Shown: in pieces, positions 10,160 through 17,314 of the stretch | Layout: the number at the start of each line of letters is the position of its first letter | How positions within the stretch are numbered: the first letter of the stretch is position 1 | Sequence record: PZ049723.1 | From: a phage | Length of the DNA stretch: 44,509 nt | Reading direction: 5' to 3' (one strand) | Made by a program: the position numbers and the translations under genes | The notes under the pieces: model-generated | Databases searched by the model: none | Told to the model about the DNA's origin: nothing | What the model saw: the letters and a program-made list of their open reading frames with translations, nothing else

Positions 10160-10480
10160 TTATTCAGTCTCAGACGAGGGGGGCCGCCGACCCCCGTCTA
10201 GTCTGAAAGACTGGTGGTTGTCCCGCCTGTCCCGATCGGCTAAAAACCGCGGCAGCACTGGCGGGGACGGGGTGCTGTCCCGCTTTGTCCCGTCCCTTAT
10301 TTGTCCCGCTTTTTGTCCCGCTTAGTTTATGCAATAAAACTGCATAGGTATGCATATTTGCGGGGTGGGACAAAGCGGGACGTCCCGTCTGTCCCGCTTT
10401 TAGTTTATGCAATAAAAGTAAATAGGTATGCGGTTTTTGAGGGGCGGGACAAAACGGGATGTACCGCTTGTCCCGCTTCA
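10160..10480. repeat. Composite non-coding element, copy A (stem-loop + GTCCCGC arrays + TATGCA palindromes)
   Basis: 10160-10214 is a 55-nt GC-rich stem-loop identical except 2 nt to 27166-27220; 10269-10345 matches 27275-27351; about 12 GTCCCGC/GCGGGAC heptamers including palindrome CGGGACGTCCCG; TTAGTTTATGCAATAAAA box present twice. Confidence 0.7.
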
Positions 10481-11157
10481 TTATGCGGGGTTTTGTTGCG
10501 CCATTTCATCAAGCGCGATTCGCTCCATTAGCTTGATATCTTTAAACGCGCGCTGCTCGTTTTCGATACCGTGCATCTTAAATAACCACTCCAACACGCC
10601 GTAGTCGATGCCGTATGCGCCACCAAATCCGGTGCGCCATTGCGTGGAGCAATCTGTGAAGACTGCGACTACCTTCGCGTTGTCGGGCCATAGCGCAACA
10701 GGCGGACAAACATCTTCGGGGGCCGCACCCCATAAACTTGCTGCTAAATCTTCGGAGGGTGGCGGCGGGCCATAAAAGCGTCGCGCCGCCTCAATTAGTT
10801 TTTTTCACGCAACCCCATCAGTTCGAGATAGTACGACGTGTGGAACACACCGAACGCGCGTGGATAGTTGACCACCAGGCGGCGGACGTTCTCCGCGTTA
10901 AATTCGTCCGGCAGATTCCAGCCTTCAGCGACGTGCATGATGGCCTCGACCATAACGTTAAAGCCGTCCGGGTCATTGTCGTCATATTCCGACAGCTTGC
11001 GTTCGGTGTCCTGCATGGTCTGCGAAAATTCGTCGATAGGGCGGTGGCGGACGGTAAACGTCATCTTGCCCGGTTCGTTCTCGCCAGGGCGCGGGATCTC
11101 AATCGGCAGCTTAAAGGTTGGTTTAGGGTCAAGTGTGAAGAGTGGTGCTTTAGCCAT
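10481..11157 (-). CDS. Tail assembly chaperone G-T fusion made by programmed -1 frameshift
   Basis: Canonical slippery heptamer A_AAA_AAC at 10798-10804 (minus strand); the -1 frame stays open for about 105 codons to TAA at 10481; architecture matches the conserved G/G-T pair upstream of tape measure. Confidence 0.55.
10795..11157 (-). CDS. Tail assembly chaperone (lambda G-like)
   Basis: ATG at 11157 with GGAGAA RBS (track ORF begins at TTG 11172); 120 aa; ends GAA AAA AAC TAA, placing a slippery heptamer directly before the stop. Confidence 0.65.
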   Translation of the reverse strand: MAKAPLFTLDPKPTFKLPIEIPRPGENEPGKMTFTVRHRPIDEFSQTMQDTERKLSEYDDNDPDGFNVMVEAIMHVAEGWNLPDEFNAENVRRLVVNYPRAFGVFHTSYYLELMGLREKN

Positions 11158-11172
11158 TGTAGTATTCTCCAA

Positions 11173-11196
11173 TAAAAAAGGGGCCGTGCTGGCCCC
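11173..11196 (-). terminator. Terminator/attenuator hairpin after major tail protein gene
   Basis: ggggcc-gtgct-ggcccc stem followed on minus strand by TTTTTTATT; sits between major tail gene end (11227) and chaperone start. Confidence 0.55.
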
Positions 11197-11226
11197 ATAT
11201 TAACACTCGCTATTTAAGCGACCAAA

Positions 11227-11952
11227 TCAAGACAACGCCTCGACCAGGTCCTTACGGTAGATAACCATATCAGACTGCATGGTCAGAGTAGACTGTACCG
11301 TTTCCACGTTGTTTACTTCAGCGGAAGGAATCTTCTGGAAAGATACCTTTGCCGGGTAAATACGGATCTCACCTTTGCCGCTTGCCGCTGCGGGGTTAGT
11401 GAACTTAATCACAGTGGTTTTCTGTGTGTCGTCCAGGTCTTCCAGGATTGGGCGGATCGGGTCTTCTTCGTCGTGGGTGAAAGTGTAAGTCTGTACCAAC
11501 GGGTTTTTCGTGGTGTTCAGACTGATTGCGGTGTTCACCTGCAACGGCTGGAAGGTAGTCGTCTGCTGGTCGCCACCAGACACGGCAACGTTAGTAATGA
11601 AAGGGAAGTCGATAAAGCCCGACACCTTCACCACTTCGCCCGGAGTGCCTACGCTGAAAGCGCCGGTCGGGTATTTTGTGACGTCTTCGGTGTCGAAGCG
11701 CGCCAGCGTAACGTCGTTGGTGTCCACTTTACCCACGATGAATGCACGGTTAAGCGCTCGGACCCACGGGGTTTTAGTGAACATAACAACGTCGCCAACA
11801 ACCAGACCATGCGAAGCCGCACAGGTAATTACGCAACCTTGCGTAAGGTCGGAGATCGACGCCGCGGCGTTGGTAGCTGCCGTAACAGCGATGCCGCTAC
11901 CCAGTACGGACCCAATCTGGACGCTGGACCCGTTAGGAAGTTGATAACCCAT
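11227..11952 (-). CDS. Major tail protein
   Basis: 241 aa; ATG at 11952 with AGGAG RBS; position upstream of chaperone and tape measure; followed by an attenuator-like terminator. Confidence 0.7.
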   Translation of the reverse strand: MGYQLPNGSSVQIGSVLGSGIAVTAATNAAASISDLTQGCVITCAASHGLVVGDVVMFTKTPWVRALNRAFIVGKVDTNDVTLARFDTEDVTKYPTGAFSVGTPGEVVKVSGFIDFPFITNVAVSGGDQQTTTFQPLQVNTAISLNTTKNPLVQTYTFTHDEEDPIRPILEDLDDTQKTTVIKFTNPAAASGKGEIRIYPAKVSFQKIPSAEVNNVETVQSTLTMQSDMVIYRKDLVEALS

Positions 11953-12012
11953 AATGAAGCTCCTGTTTAGATATACGGATTAATGATACAGCACGCGCAG
12001 AAATGCGCCAAA

Positions 12013-12435
12013 TCAGGCGCAACAGGTGTAGGGGACTGTAACCACGATGCGGGCGCGATCAACATCCTCAATCACTGAACTGGTGTATGGCGCGTCCTGA
12101 AGCTGGAATGAAGCGCCTGCAAGCCTTACGGCCCGCCACTTGTCAGACGTCGCGATGGCGTCCGCCAGTTCGCTCGCATACTGTGTGCCAGTGCCCGCAG
12201 GAAATACCACGGCGACCTGATACACACCTGCATAGATCCGGCCCTTCTGCTGGAAGCCCACAAACTGGGTCGGGGCCGGAAGCAAATATGGTTCCAGGTA
12301 GACACCGCTGCCGTTTGCGTGGTCGCCGCTCACGTTCTCCCAGTTAACCTTTATCGGGCGCGTGCTAGTGCTCAGGCTAACCGATAGCTCTTCGACAACG
12401 CTGTTAAGCGCCTTGCGGATTAGAGTATTGCTCAT
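12013..12435 (-). CDS. Tail terminator / tail completion protein (by position)
   Basis: 140 aa ORF between head-tail joining genes and major tail gene; ATG at 12435. Confidence 0.4.
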   Translation of the reverse strand: MSNTLIRKALNSVVEELSVSLSTSTRPIKVNWENVSGDHANGSGVYLEPYLLPAPTQFVGFQQKGRIYAGVYQVAVVFPAGTGTQYASELADAIATSDKWRAVRLAGASFQLQDAPYTSSVIEDVDRARIVVTVPYTCCA

Positions 12436-13028
12436 TATTTCACCTTCGAATTAATTTCTGCCGCTACGACGCGAACAATCCCCGCGGGCGCTTGTTTACT
12501 CCAACCATACTCAAGTCGCTGCGCATACGGCACATTGTTAGTAAACCAGATCGACCCGTATTCACCTGAATCGTAATGTGCCAGCACTTCACGCCCTGCG
12601 GCTAATGTTGCCGTTCCGGCTTTGTCCACGCGGTCAATAGCGCCGACAGCCGGGCGGTCGAACGTAACCTGCCAGTTTCCCCGGAAGCGTCCGCCGGTGT
12701 AATTCTTCGCGGCCCAGCCACGCTGCCGGAATGTTACATTGCCGTTTTTAGTCTTGAATGAAACGAGCACACTGGCGTGCTTCTTCTGACCGCGCTTCAG
12801 TTTGCCACCATTCTTGCGACGCTGTGCGGCGTTCACCTTGTTCGCGTGCTGGCGGGCCATTGCATAAGCCTTGTTAATCTTCCACCGGCGAGGGTCGCCC
12901 ACCGGGGAGATCTCAATAAGGCGTCCGAGTATTTGCATCCCATACGCCCGCACAGCCTTGTCGTTGTTCTCCTTCGTCTTATCTACCCACGTAGCAATCG
13001 TGGCGGCGAACGAGTAGACTTCAGCCAC
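12435..13028 (-). CDS. Head-tail adaptor / neck protein (by position)
   Basis: 197 aa; only start available is GTG at 13028 with AAGGGG RBS; basic region in the middle. Confidence 0.4.
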   Translation of the reverse strand: MAEVYSFAATIATWVDKTKENNDKAVRAYGMQILGRLIEISPVGDPRRWKINKAYAMARQHANKVNAAQRRKNGGKLKRGQKKHASVLVSFKTKNGNVTFRQRGWAAKNYTGGRFRGNWQVTFDRPAVGAIDRVDKAGTATLAAGREVLAHYDSGEYGSIWFTNNVPYAQRLEYGWSKQAPAGIVRVVAAEINSKVK

Positions 13029-13029
13029 G

Positions 13030-13389
13030 TTAGCCCCTTAGCTGTAGTTGAAACAGCATGGTTGTGCCTGCCGGTTGCAGGGGGTTTGGATTGATGACCC
13101 TGTAGTCTGTATTGTTCAGGCTAACCAAATCCCCTACCTTCACCGGCTTGACGGCCTGGCACAAAAACTTCACATCACCGGCAACGATACGCGTTCCGTC
13201 GATCTCGCTAGGCTTGTACTCCTCGCGAAGACCGATGACGTCAAACGAGGTCGCAGGGATGACCACTTCGTCGCCGTCTACGCGGTCTACGGTGCCTGGA
13301 CGCGTCACCGTAGCCGTCATGCCGAACTTTTTAATCAGCGGATTGACTTTCCGCTTTAACCCCGCGTAATTAAAGCCCGCCATTATCAT
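13030..13389 (-). CDS. Head-tail joining / head closure protein (by position)
   Basis: 119 aa; ATG at 13389; small protein in the head-to-tail block. Confidence 0.4.
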   Translation of the reverse strand: MIMAGFNYAGLKRKVNPLIKKFGMTATVTRPGTVDRVDGDEVVIPATSFDVIGLREEYKPSEIDGTRIVAGDVKFLCQAVKPVKVGDLVSLNNTDYRVINPNPLQPAGTTMLFQLQLRG

Positions 13390-13487
13390 CCCCCTGTACC
13401 GGTGGTTCCGGTTCTGGCGCTGGTTCCGGTTCTGGTTGGCGTTTAGTATTTGCGGCGATAATAGCCGCCAGTAATGCAGGATTCATA

Positions 13488-13988
13488 TTACCCCCGGAAT
13501 ACATCAAAATTACCCGCTGCGTTGCCGTCTGAGTCAATCCAGTGGCCCAGCAAGCCATCCCACCACGGGAACGAGACACCGCTACCAATCGTCGCAGGGT
13601 CATATTCCATCGTGATCGGGCCAACAGTTTCGCGGATAGTCTCCTTACCGCTGCCCACAGGAGAAATATCAACCTCGTCCGCCACCAACATCGCCAACCG
13701 GTAAACGGCTTGCTCAACGGCAACGGGGATTGATGCGAAGTCTACGATTTGCCCCGCTGGAACTACTGCCAAATCTTCAGTAAGCGTGTTTTGCACCGGC
13801 TTACCGTCTGACGGGTAATTGATGCGGGGCCATGCGTCGATGCCTGTCTGGTCCGCTGGTTCTCCGATCCAGTTGATGCCGTTAAGGAAGTCATTAACGA
13901 CGGTAAGGTGGCGCGTCGCATCGATCAGCGTGACTTCAACGCCTCGCGCGGCGGCATAATCAATAAAGGTTTGTGGGTCGCCATACAT
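13488..13988 (-). CDS. Head completion / connector protein (by position)
   Basis: ATG at 13988 with AGGAG RBS (track start 14018 lies inside the upstream terminator hairpin); 166 aa. Confidence 0.4.
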   Translation of the reverse strand: MYGDPQTFIDYAAARGVEVTLIDATRHLTVVNDFLNGINWIGEPADQTGIDAWPRINYPSDGKPVQNTLTEDLAVVPAGQIVDFASIPVAVEQAVYRLAMLVADEVDISPVGSGKETIRETVGPITMEYDPATIGSGVSFPWWDGLLGHWIDSDGNAAGNFDVFRG

Positions 13989-14001
13989 TTCATTCACTCC
14001 T

Positions 14002-14027
14002 ATAAAAAAGGCGGGCATAAGCCCGCC
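14002..14027 (-). terminator. Terminator-like hairpin after major capsid gene
   Basis: ggcgggc-ataa-gcccgcc stem followed on minus strand by TTTTTTAT. Confidence 0.5.
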
Positions 14028-14046
14028 CCTTTGGGATGTGCGCCTG

Positions 14047-15147
14047 TTAGGACGCTGTGGTCGCAGTCAGCGTAACCAGTACGCCCGCCGTTTCCTTGAT
14101 GTGACGGGTAGGCACTGCCTGTGCGGCCTGGGTCTTACGACGGCCTTTAGTATCGCCATCACCAACGGCGCCGACATCCTGCACGGTTGCCGGTGCGTTG
14201 TCTACCTGGCCCTGGTCCAGTTCCCAGTTAGAGGAAGTGGTGATATCGGACAGCTTGAACGAACGAACGCCTTCGATCGGGGTACGAGCGTCCGCCTTCA
14301 GACGATAGCCTTTAACAGCCACGTTGAAGTCGAACTCGCCCTGCCACCAGCGCTCAATGTTCTCGTTACCGCCTTTTTCCTGCGCCAGCATATCGAGGCC
14401 GTTGGTGGTAACTGCAACCGCGCCAGGGACCAGGCCCAGCATTTTGCCAGCGCCCATAGCATCGGCAGCGGCATCGGAGATAATAAAACGGCGGCCCAGG
14501 CCGTCGCCCATCACTTGCAGATCGCCGATCGCGAATACCTGCTCGGCGGAAGGGAGCGCCTGGTAAGCAATGAAGTTTGCCCAGGTAACGCCGTCCATAA
14601 ACCAGGATTTAATCAAAGACGCCTGATCGCCGAACTTAGAAGCCGCCAGCGGGAAGTCTGCCAGGGTTGGGAAGGTACGACCGCCAACGCCGTCAACGCG
14701 CGCCGGTTGGGTGTAGTTTGCTGCTGTGTTGCTTTCAATAGCTGCTTTGCCCGCACCGATACCAGCTTTGAGGTAATGCAGCATAATCGCTTGAGTAGCC
14801 TGTGCCGCAATCTCAGCCGCAACGCTGTTAACGTTGGTTTCGATCTTAGCCATCATGGCCTTAGTGATCGCCACCGGACCCACTTTCGCGGACAGGTTAA
14901 CGGAGTTGGTCAGCATACGCGCCAGCACTTTTGCGGTAGCCGGAGTACCTACAGGGGCGTAGGCGTTACGGTCGGTAACGAGGTTGGCGATCAAGCCTAC
15001 GGACATTTTTTCTACAACGTCCTTCAGCACTTCACCCGTGCCGAGAACAACAGCACCGTTAGCGGCAGCGTTGAACACGTTCAGGTTATCAGGGATCATT
15101 TGCGTAACCGCGGTGACGAGTTTACGCTGGAACACTGTTAAAGACAT
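14047..15147 (-). CDS. Major capsid protein
   Basis: 366 aa; ATG at 15147 with AAGGA RBS; downstream of scaffold-like gene and upstream of head-tail genes; composition typical of coat proteins. Confidence 0.8.
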   Translation of the reverse strand: MSLTVFQRKLVTAVTQMIPDNLNVFNAAANGAVVLGTGEVLKDVVEKMSVGLIANLVTDRNAYAPVGTPATAKVLARMLTNSVNLSAKVGPVAITKAMMAKIETNVNSVAAEIAAQATQAIMLHYLKAGIGAGKAAIESNTAANYTQPARVDGVGGRTFPTLADFPLAASKFGDQASLIKSWFMDGVTWANFIAYQALPSAEQVFAIGDLQVMGDGLGRRFIISDAAADAMGAGKMLGLVPGAVAVTTNGLDMLAQEKGGNENIERWWQGEFDFNVAVKGYRLKADARTPIEGVRSFKLSDITTSSNWELDQGQVDNAPATVQDVGAVGDGDTKGRRKTQAAQAVPTRHIKETAGVLVTLTATTAS

Positions 15148-15213
15148 ATCGAAATCCTTTGAGTTGTGAGCATTCGCCCAGTACCGTTAATGTTACCTTA
15201 GATTTACGCGCTC

Positions 15214-15239
15214 GCAAAATTGCCCGCTTTCGCGGGCAA
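15214..15239 (-). terminator. Hairpin between scaffold and capsid genes (attenuator-like)
   Basis: ttgcccgc-tttc-gcgggcaa stem followed on minus strand by TTTTGCG. Confidence 0.4.
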
Positions 15240-15244
15240 TCTGC

Positions 15245-15946
15245 TTACTCGTCGCCCATTTTAGCGATGATATCCCCGGCCTGTTTGGTGAGATCGGTGA
15301 TACCGAAGCTATGGCCCATCGTAATTTTCGACTTCACATCTTCGACAACCTGCGTCGGTTTGCTAGGCGCGCCGCCTGCTGGCGTGCCAGCCAGGACGGA
15401 TGCAAAATCGGCGTTATTACGGAACTCTTTTTCCAGCTCTTCCATAGTCAGCGCGGACGGTTTGCCATCCTGCAATACTCGCACTTTCAAGCTGCCGTCT
15501 TCGCCGTCTTCCAGCGTCAGGCGGTCCATTACGTGGCGTTGCATGATGCCCGCATTCTTACCGAACAGCTTCGACGCCAGGTCTTTGGCAGCGCTGCCGA
15601 TGGTTAGATCGTGGATCTGCTTGCGGTAGGCTTCGATTTTTCCCGATGTGTCTGCTTCGTGTTTCGCAAACTTATCTTTCCAGGACTTGTCGATCGCTTC
15701 GAGGTCGCCATTTTTGCGCGCGGCGGCTTCCTCTTTCTCTTTCGCAAGGCGCTCAGCTTCGGCGCGGCGTTCGGCTTCTGCTTTCTTCTCGCTCACCAGC
15801 TTCGCGTTGTTGTCTTTCAGACCCTTAATTTCCGCCTGTACTTCTTCTGCGGTCATGAACGTTGATTTATACCCGTCGCCATCGGCAACAAAAAGCGCCT
15901 TCATACCTTCCGGCAACGCGTCATATTCTGCTTTAGTAAGTTTCAT
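15245..15946 (-). CDS. Scaffolding protein (putative)
   Basis: ATG at 15946 with GGGGGA RBS; 233 aa, highly charged with an Ala/Glu/Lys/Arg coiled-coil stretch; directly upstream of major capsid gene. Confidence 0.55.
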   Translation of the reverse strand: MKLTKAEYDALPEGMKALFVADGDGYKSTFMTAEEVQAEIKGLKDNNAKLVSEKKAEAERRAEAERLAKEKEEAAARKNGDLEAIDKSWKDKFAKHEADTSGKIEAYRKQIHDLTIGSAAKDLASKLFGKNAGIMQRHVMDRLTLEDGEDGSLKVRVLQDGKPSALTMEELEKEFRNNADFASVLAGTPAGGAPSKPTQVVEDVKSKITMGHSFGITDLTKQAGDIIAKMGDE

Positions 15947-16036
15947 GCTATCCCCCTGGGATTGTGGCAGAGCGGGCCACCCGCTCGACTTCACGCTTCT
16001 AATATTATCAGCGATAAAAATAATCGCAAAATTCGC

Positions 16037-16065
16037 TTGCAATCATCGTATTGGTTGCATATATT
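16037..16065 (+). promoter_or_regulatory. Sigma70-like promoter with embedded TTGGTTGCA motif pair
   Basis: TTGCAA (16037-16042), 17-bp spacer, TATATT (16060-16065); TTGGTTGCA at 16051-16059 and 16065-16073; GAGGA RBS and ATG at 16095 follow. Confidence 0.45.
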
Positions 16066-16094
16066 GGTTGCACACCAACAACGAGGACACAAAA

Positions 16095-16859
16095 ATGAGA
16101 CTGACGAAAGACATTAAAAACCAGATTCTGGCTAACATCCTGCGCGACCACGAAATCGCGACCGAAGCCAAATCAATAATGATGGACTCGCGCGACCTTG
16201 CGTACGCCATTACGCTGGACTGTATGCCGGAAGGCATTCGCACGTTCGCCGAGCTATTCGCGCACATTGAAGCAATCAGCGATGACCCGTCGCAGATGTA
16301 CGGCGTCTGCGTATACACCAACAAGGCGACGTATAGTTATAACACCGACCGCCCGAAAGGTATCGGCAGCGTTTACGACGCCACTTTCGAAATCAATGCG
16401 GGCGGAAATGTGCGCACACTGTCATTGAGCGGTGACGGACGACAATACCGAGTACATCGCGGATACTGGGAATATAAATACATGAATAAGCTATCTCCCG
16501 ATCTCGGCGATATTGTACCTGGGTACGAAGAAGTAATGCTGGCTTCTGTGTGCGAAGTGGACGAGGATGGGAAAGCGCTGCCGATCTATAAGCCGCGCTG
16601 TCGTGCAGAGTTCCCGGCGGATCATGATTTCTGCAAGCGCCTTGACCGTAACGATAAGGCCCGCCGCGATTTGCGAGCTAAGTATGACGCGTTCAAACTC
16701 ACCGTTACCGGTGTGCTGGACCTGCACAATACTGACAAGAAGCTGATTAAGGCATGGCCTGAAGTTGAGCAATTCATACCATACCCGGACAAGCAAAAAT
16801 CCACGGCGGTGGCGCTGGACGTGAAAACACTCAACGAGATTTGCGGCATTCCGCGCTAA
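16095..16859 (+). CDS. Hypothetical protein; opposite-strand moron inside the structural cluster
   Basis: 255-aa ORF with own promoter-like sequence, GAGGA RBS and bidirectional terminator; only plus-strand gene between 234 and 30437; no recognisable motif. Confidence 0.6.
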   Translation: MRLTKDIKNQILANILRDHEIATEAKSIMMDSRDLAYAITLDCMPEGIRTFAELFAHIEAISDDPSQMYGVCVYTNKATYSYNTDRPKGIGSVYDATFEINAGGNVRTLSLSGDGRQYRVHRGYWEYKYMNKLSPDLGDIVPGYEEVMLASVCEVDEDGKALPIYKPRCRAEFPADHDFCKRLDRNDKARRDLRAKYDAFKLTVTGVLDLHNTDKKLIKAWPEVEQFIPYPDKQKSTAVALDVKTLNEICGIPR

Positions 16860-16864
16860 CAAAA

Positions 16865-16893
16865 AGGGGCCATTACGGCCCCTTAATTATTTG
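16865..16893. terminator. Bidirectional hairpin terminator
   Basis: aggggcc-attac-ggcccct stem flanked by AAAAA upstream and TAATTATTTG downstream; between convergent gene ends. Confidence 0.55.
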
Positions 16894-17103
16894 CTGCAAC
16901 TCCAGCACCTGCGCCCTTAGCTTCGCCCCGCATTCCATATTTTTAACATCAATCATCAAATCTTCGTCGGGGTCCGCGGACGGGTTATCGAACTTGCACG
17001 GCGGTCGCAGTGCCGACTCCGTTAGCGGCATCAACGGCACGCTGCTTGATCCGCACGCGCTCAGCGTCAAAACTACAATCAGGGCGGTTAGGGCGCGTAA
17101 CAT
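16873..17103 (-). CDS. Outer-membrane spanin-like lipoprotein (o-spanin candidate)
   Basis: 76 aa; signal peptide with lipobox LTLSAC; Pro-rich; overlaps the 3' end of the preceding membrane-protein gene in another frame. Confidence 0.5.
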   Translation of the reverse strand: MLRALTALIVVLTLSACGSSSVPLMPLTESALRPPCKFDNPSADPDEDLMIDVKNMECGAKLRAQVLELQQIIKGP

Positions 17104-17314
17104 ATTTTACAACCTCTTTTGTGATAGTCCGGTATTCCACGTCGCGGGCTTGTTCTGCCTGCACGGAGCGCTCAATTACTTTAGTTTGCTGCCGTTGGGC
17201 TTGGGATTGCGCTTCTTGCGCCGCCTTCGCCACTACGCCAGCGCGGTAGGAGTCACCTAGCCAGAATCCTACCGCCAGACCTATAACCAGTCCAATAGCC
17301 GCATACTTAATCAC
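16985..17314 (-). CDS. Inner-membrane spanin-like protein (i-spanin candidate)
   Basis: 109 aa; N-terminal transmembrane helix then Gln/Ala/Glu-rich helical region; GTG start at 17314 with GGGGG RBS; overlapped by the lipoprotein gene. Confidence 0.45.
   Translation of the reverse strand: MIKYAAIGLVIGLAVGFWLGDSYRAGVVAKAAQEAQSQAQRQQTKVIERSVQAEQARDVEYRTITKEVVKYVTRPNRPDCSFDAERVRIKQRAVDAANGVGTATAVQVR

Noticed and set aside
10160-10214. 55-nt GC-rich stem-loop considered as tRNA or tmRNA-like gene
   Set aside because: Too short, single extended hairpin without cloverleaf arms or T-loop/anticodon features.
10203-10476. GTCCCGC heptamer arrays considered as a CRISPR array
   Set aside because: Repeat unit only 7 bp with irregular 4-12 bp spacing and mixed orientation; no leader and no cas genes.
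10170-10481. Minus-strand ORFs 10170-10481 and 27176-27421 sharing the peptide YAVLLHKLSGTKSGT.KGRDKAGQHP
   Set aside because: Shared sequence is a by-product of the duplicated non-coding element; no RBS, low-complexity, spans hairpin and heptamer arrays. Treated as repeat DNA, not a duplicated gene.
13370-13486. 38-codon ORF encoding MNPALLAAIIAANTKRQPEPEPAPEPEPPVQGDDNGGL between head-tail genes
   Set aside because: Has ATG and overlapping stop/start geometry but no clear RBS and a low-complexity PEP-repeat product; insufficient evidence to call.
14038-15141. Plus-strand 367-aa ORF antisense to the major capsid gene
   Set aside because: Mirror-frame ORF of a strongly supported minus-strand gene; Arg/Cys/His-rich translation; no RBS.
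15648-16094. N-terminal extension of track ORF 15648-16859
   Set aside because: The upstream part is antisense to the scaffold gene and Ser/Ala/Arg-rich; the gene is taken to start at ATG 16095 behind its RBS and promoter-like sequence.
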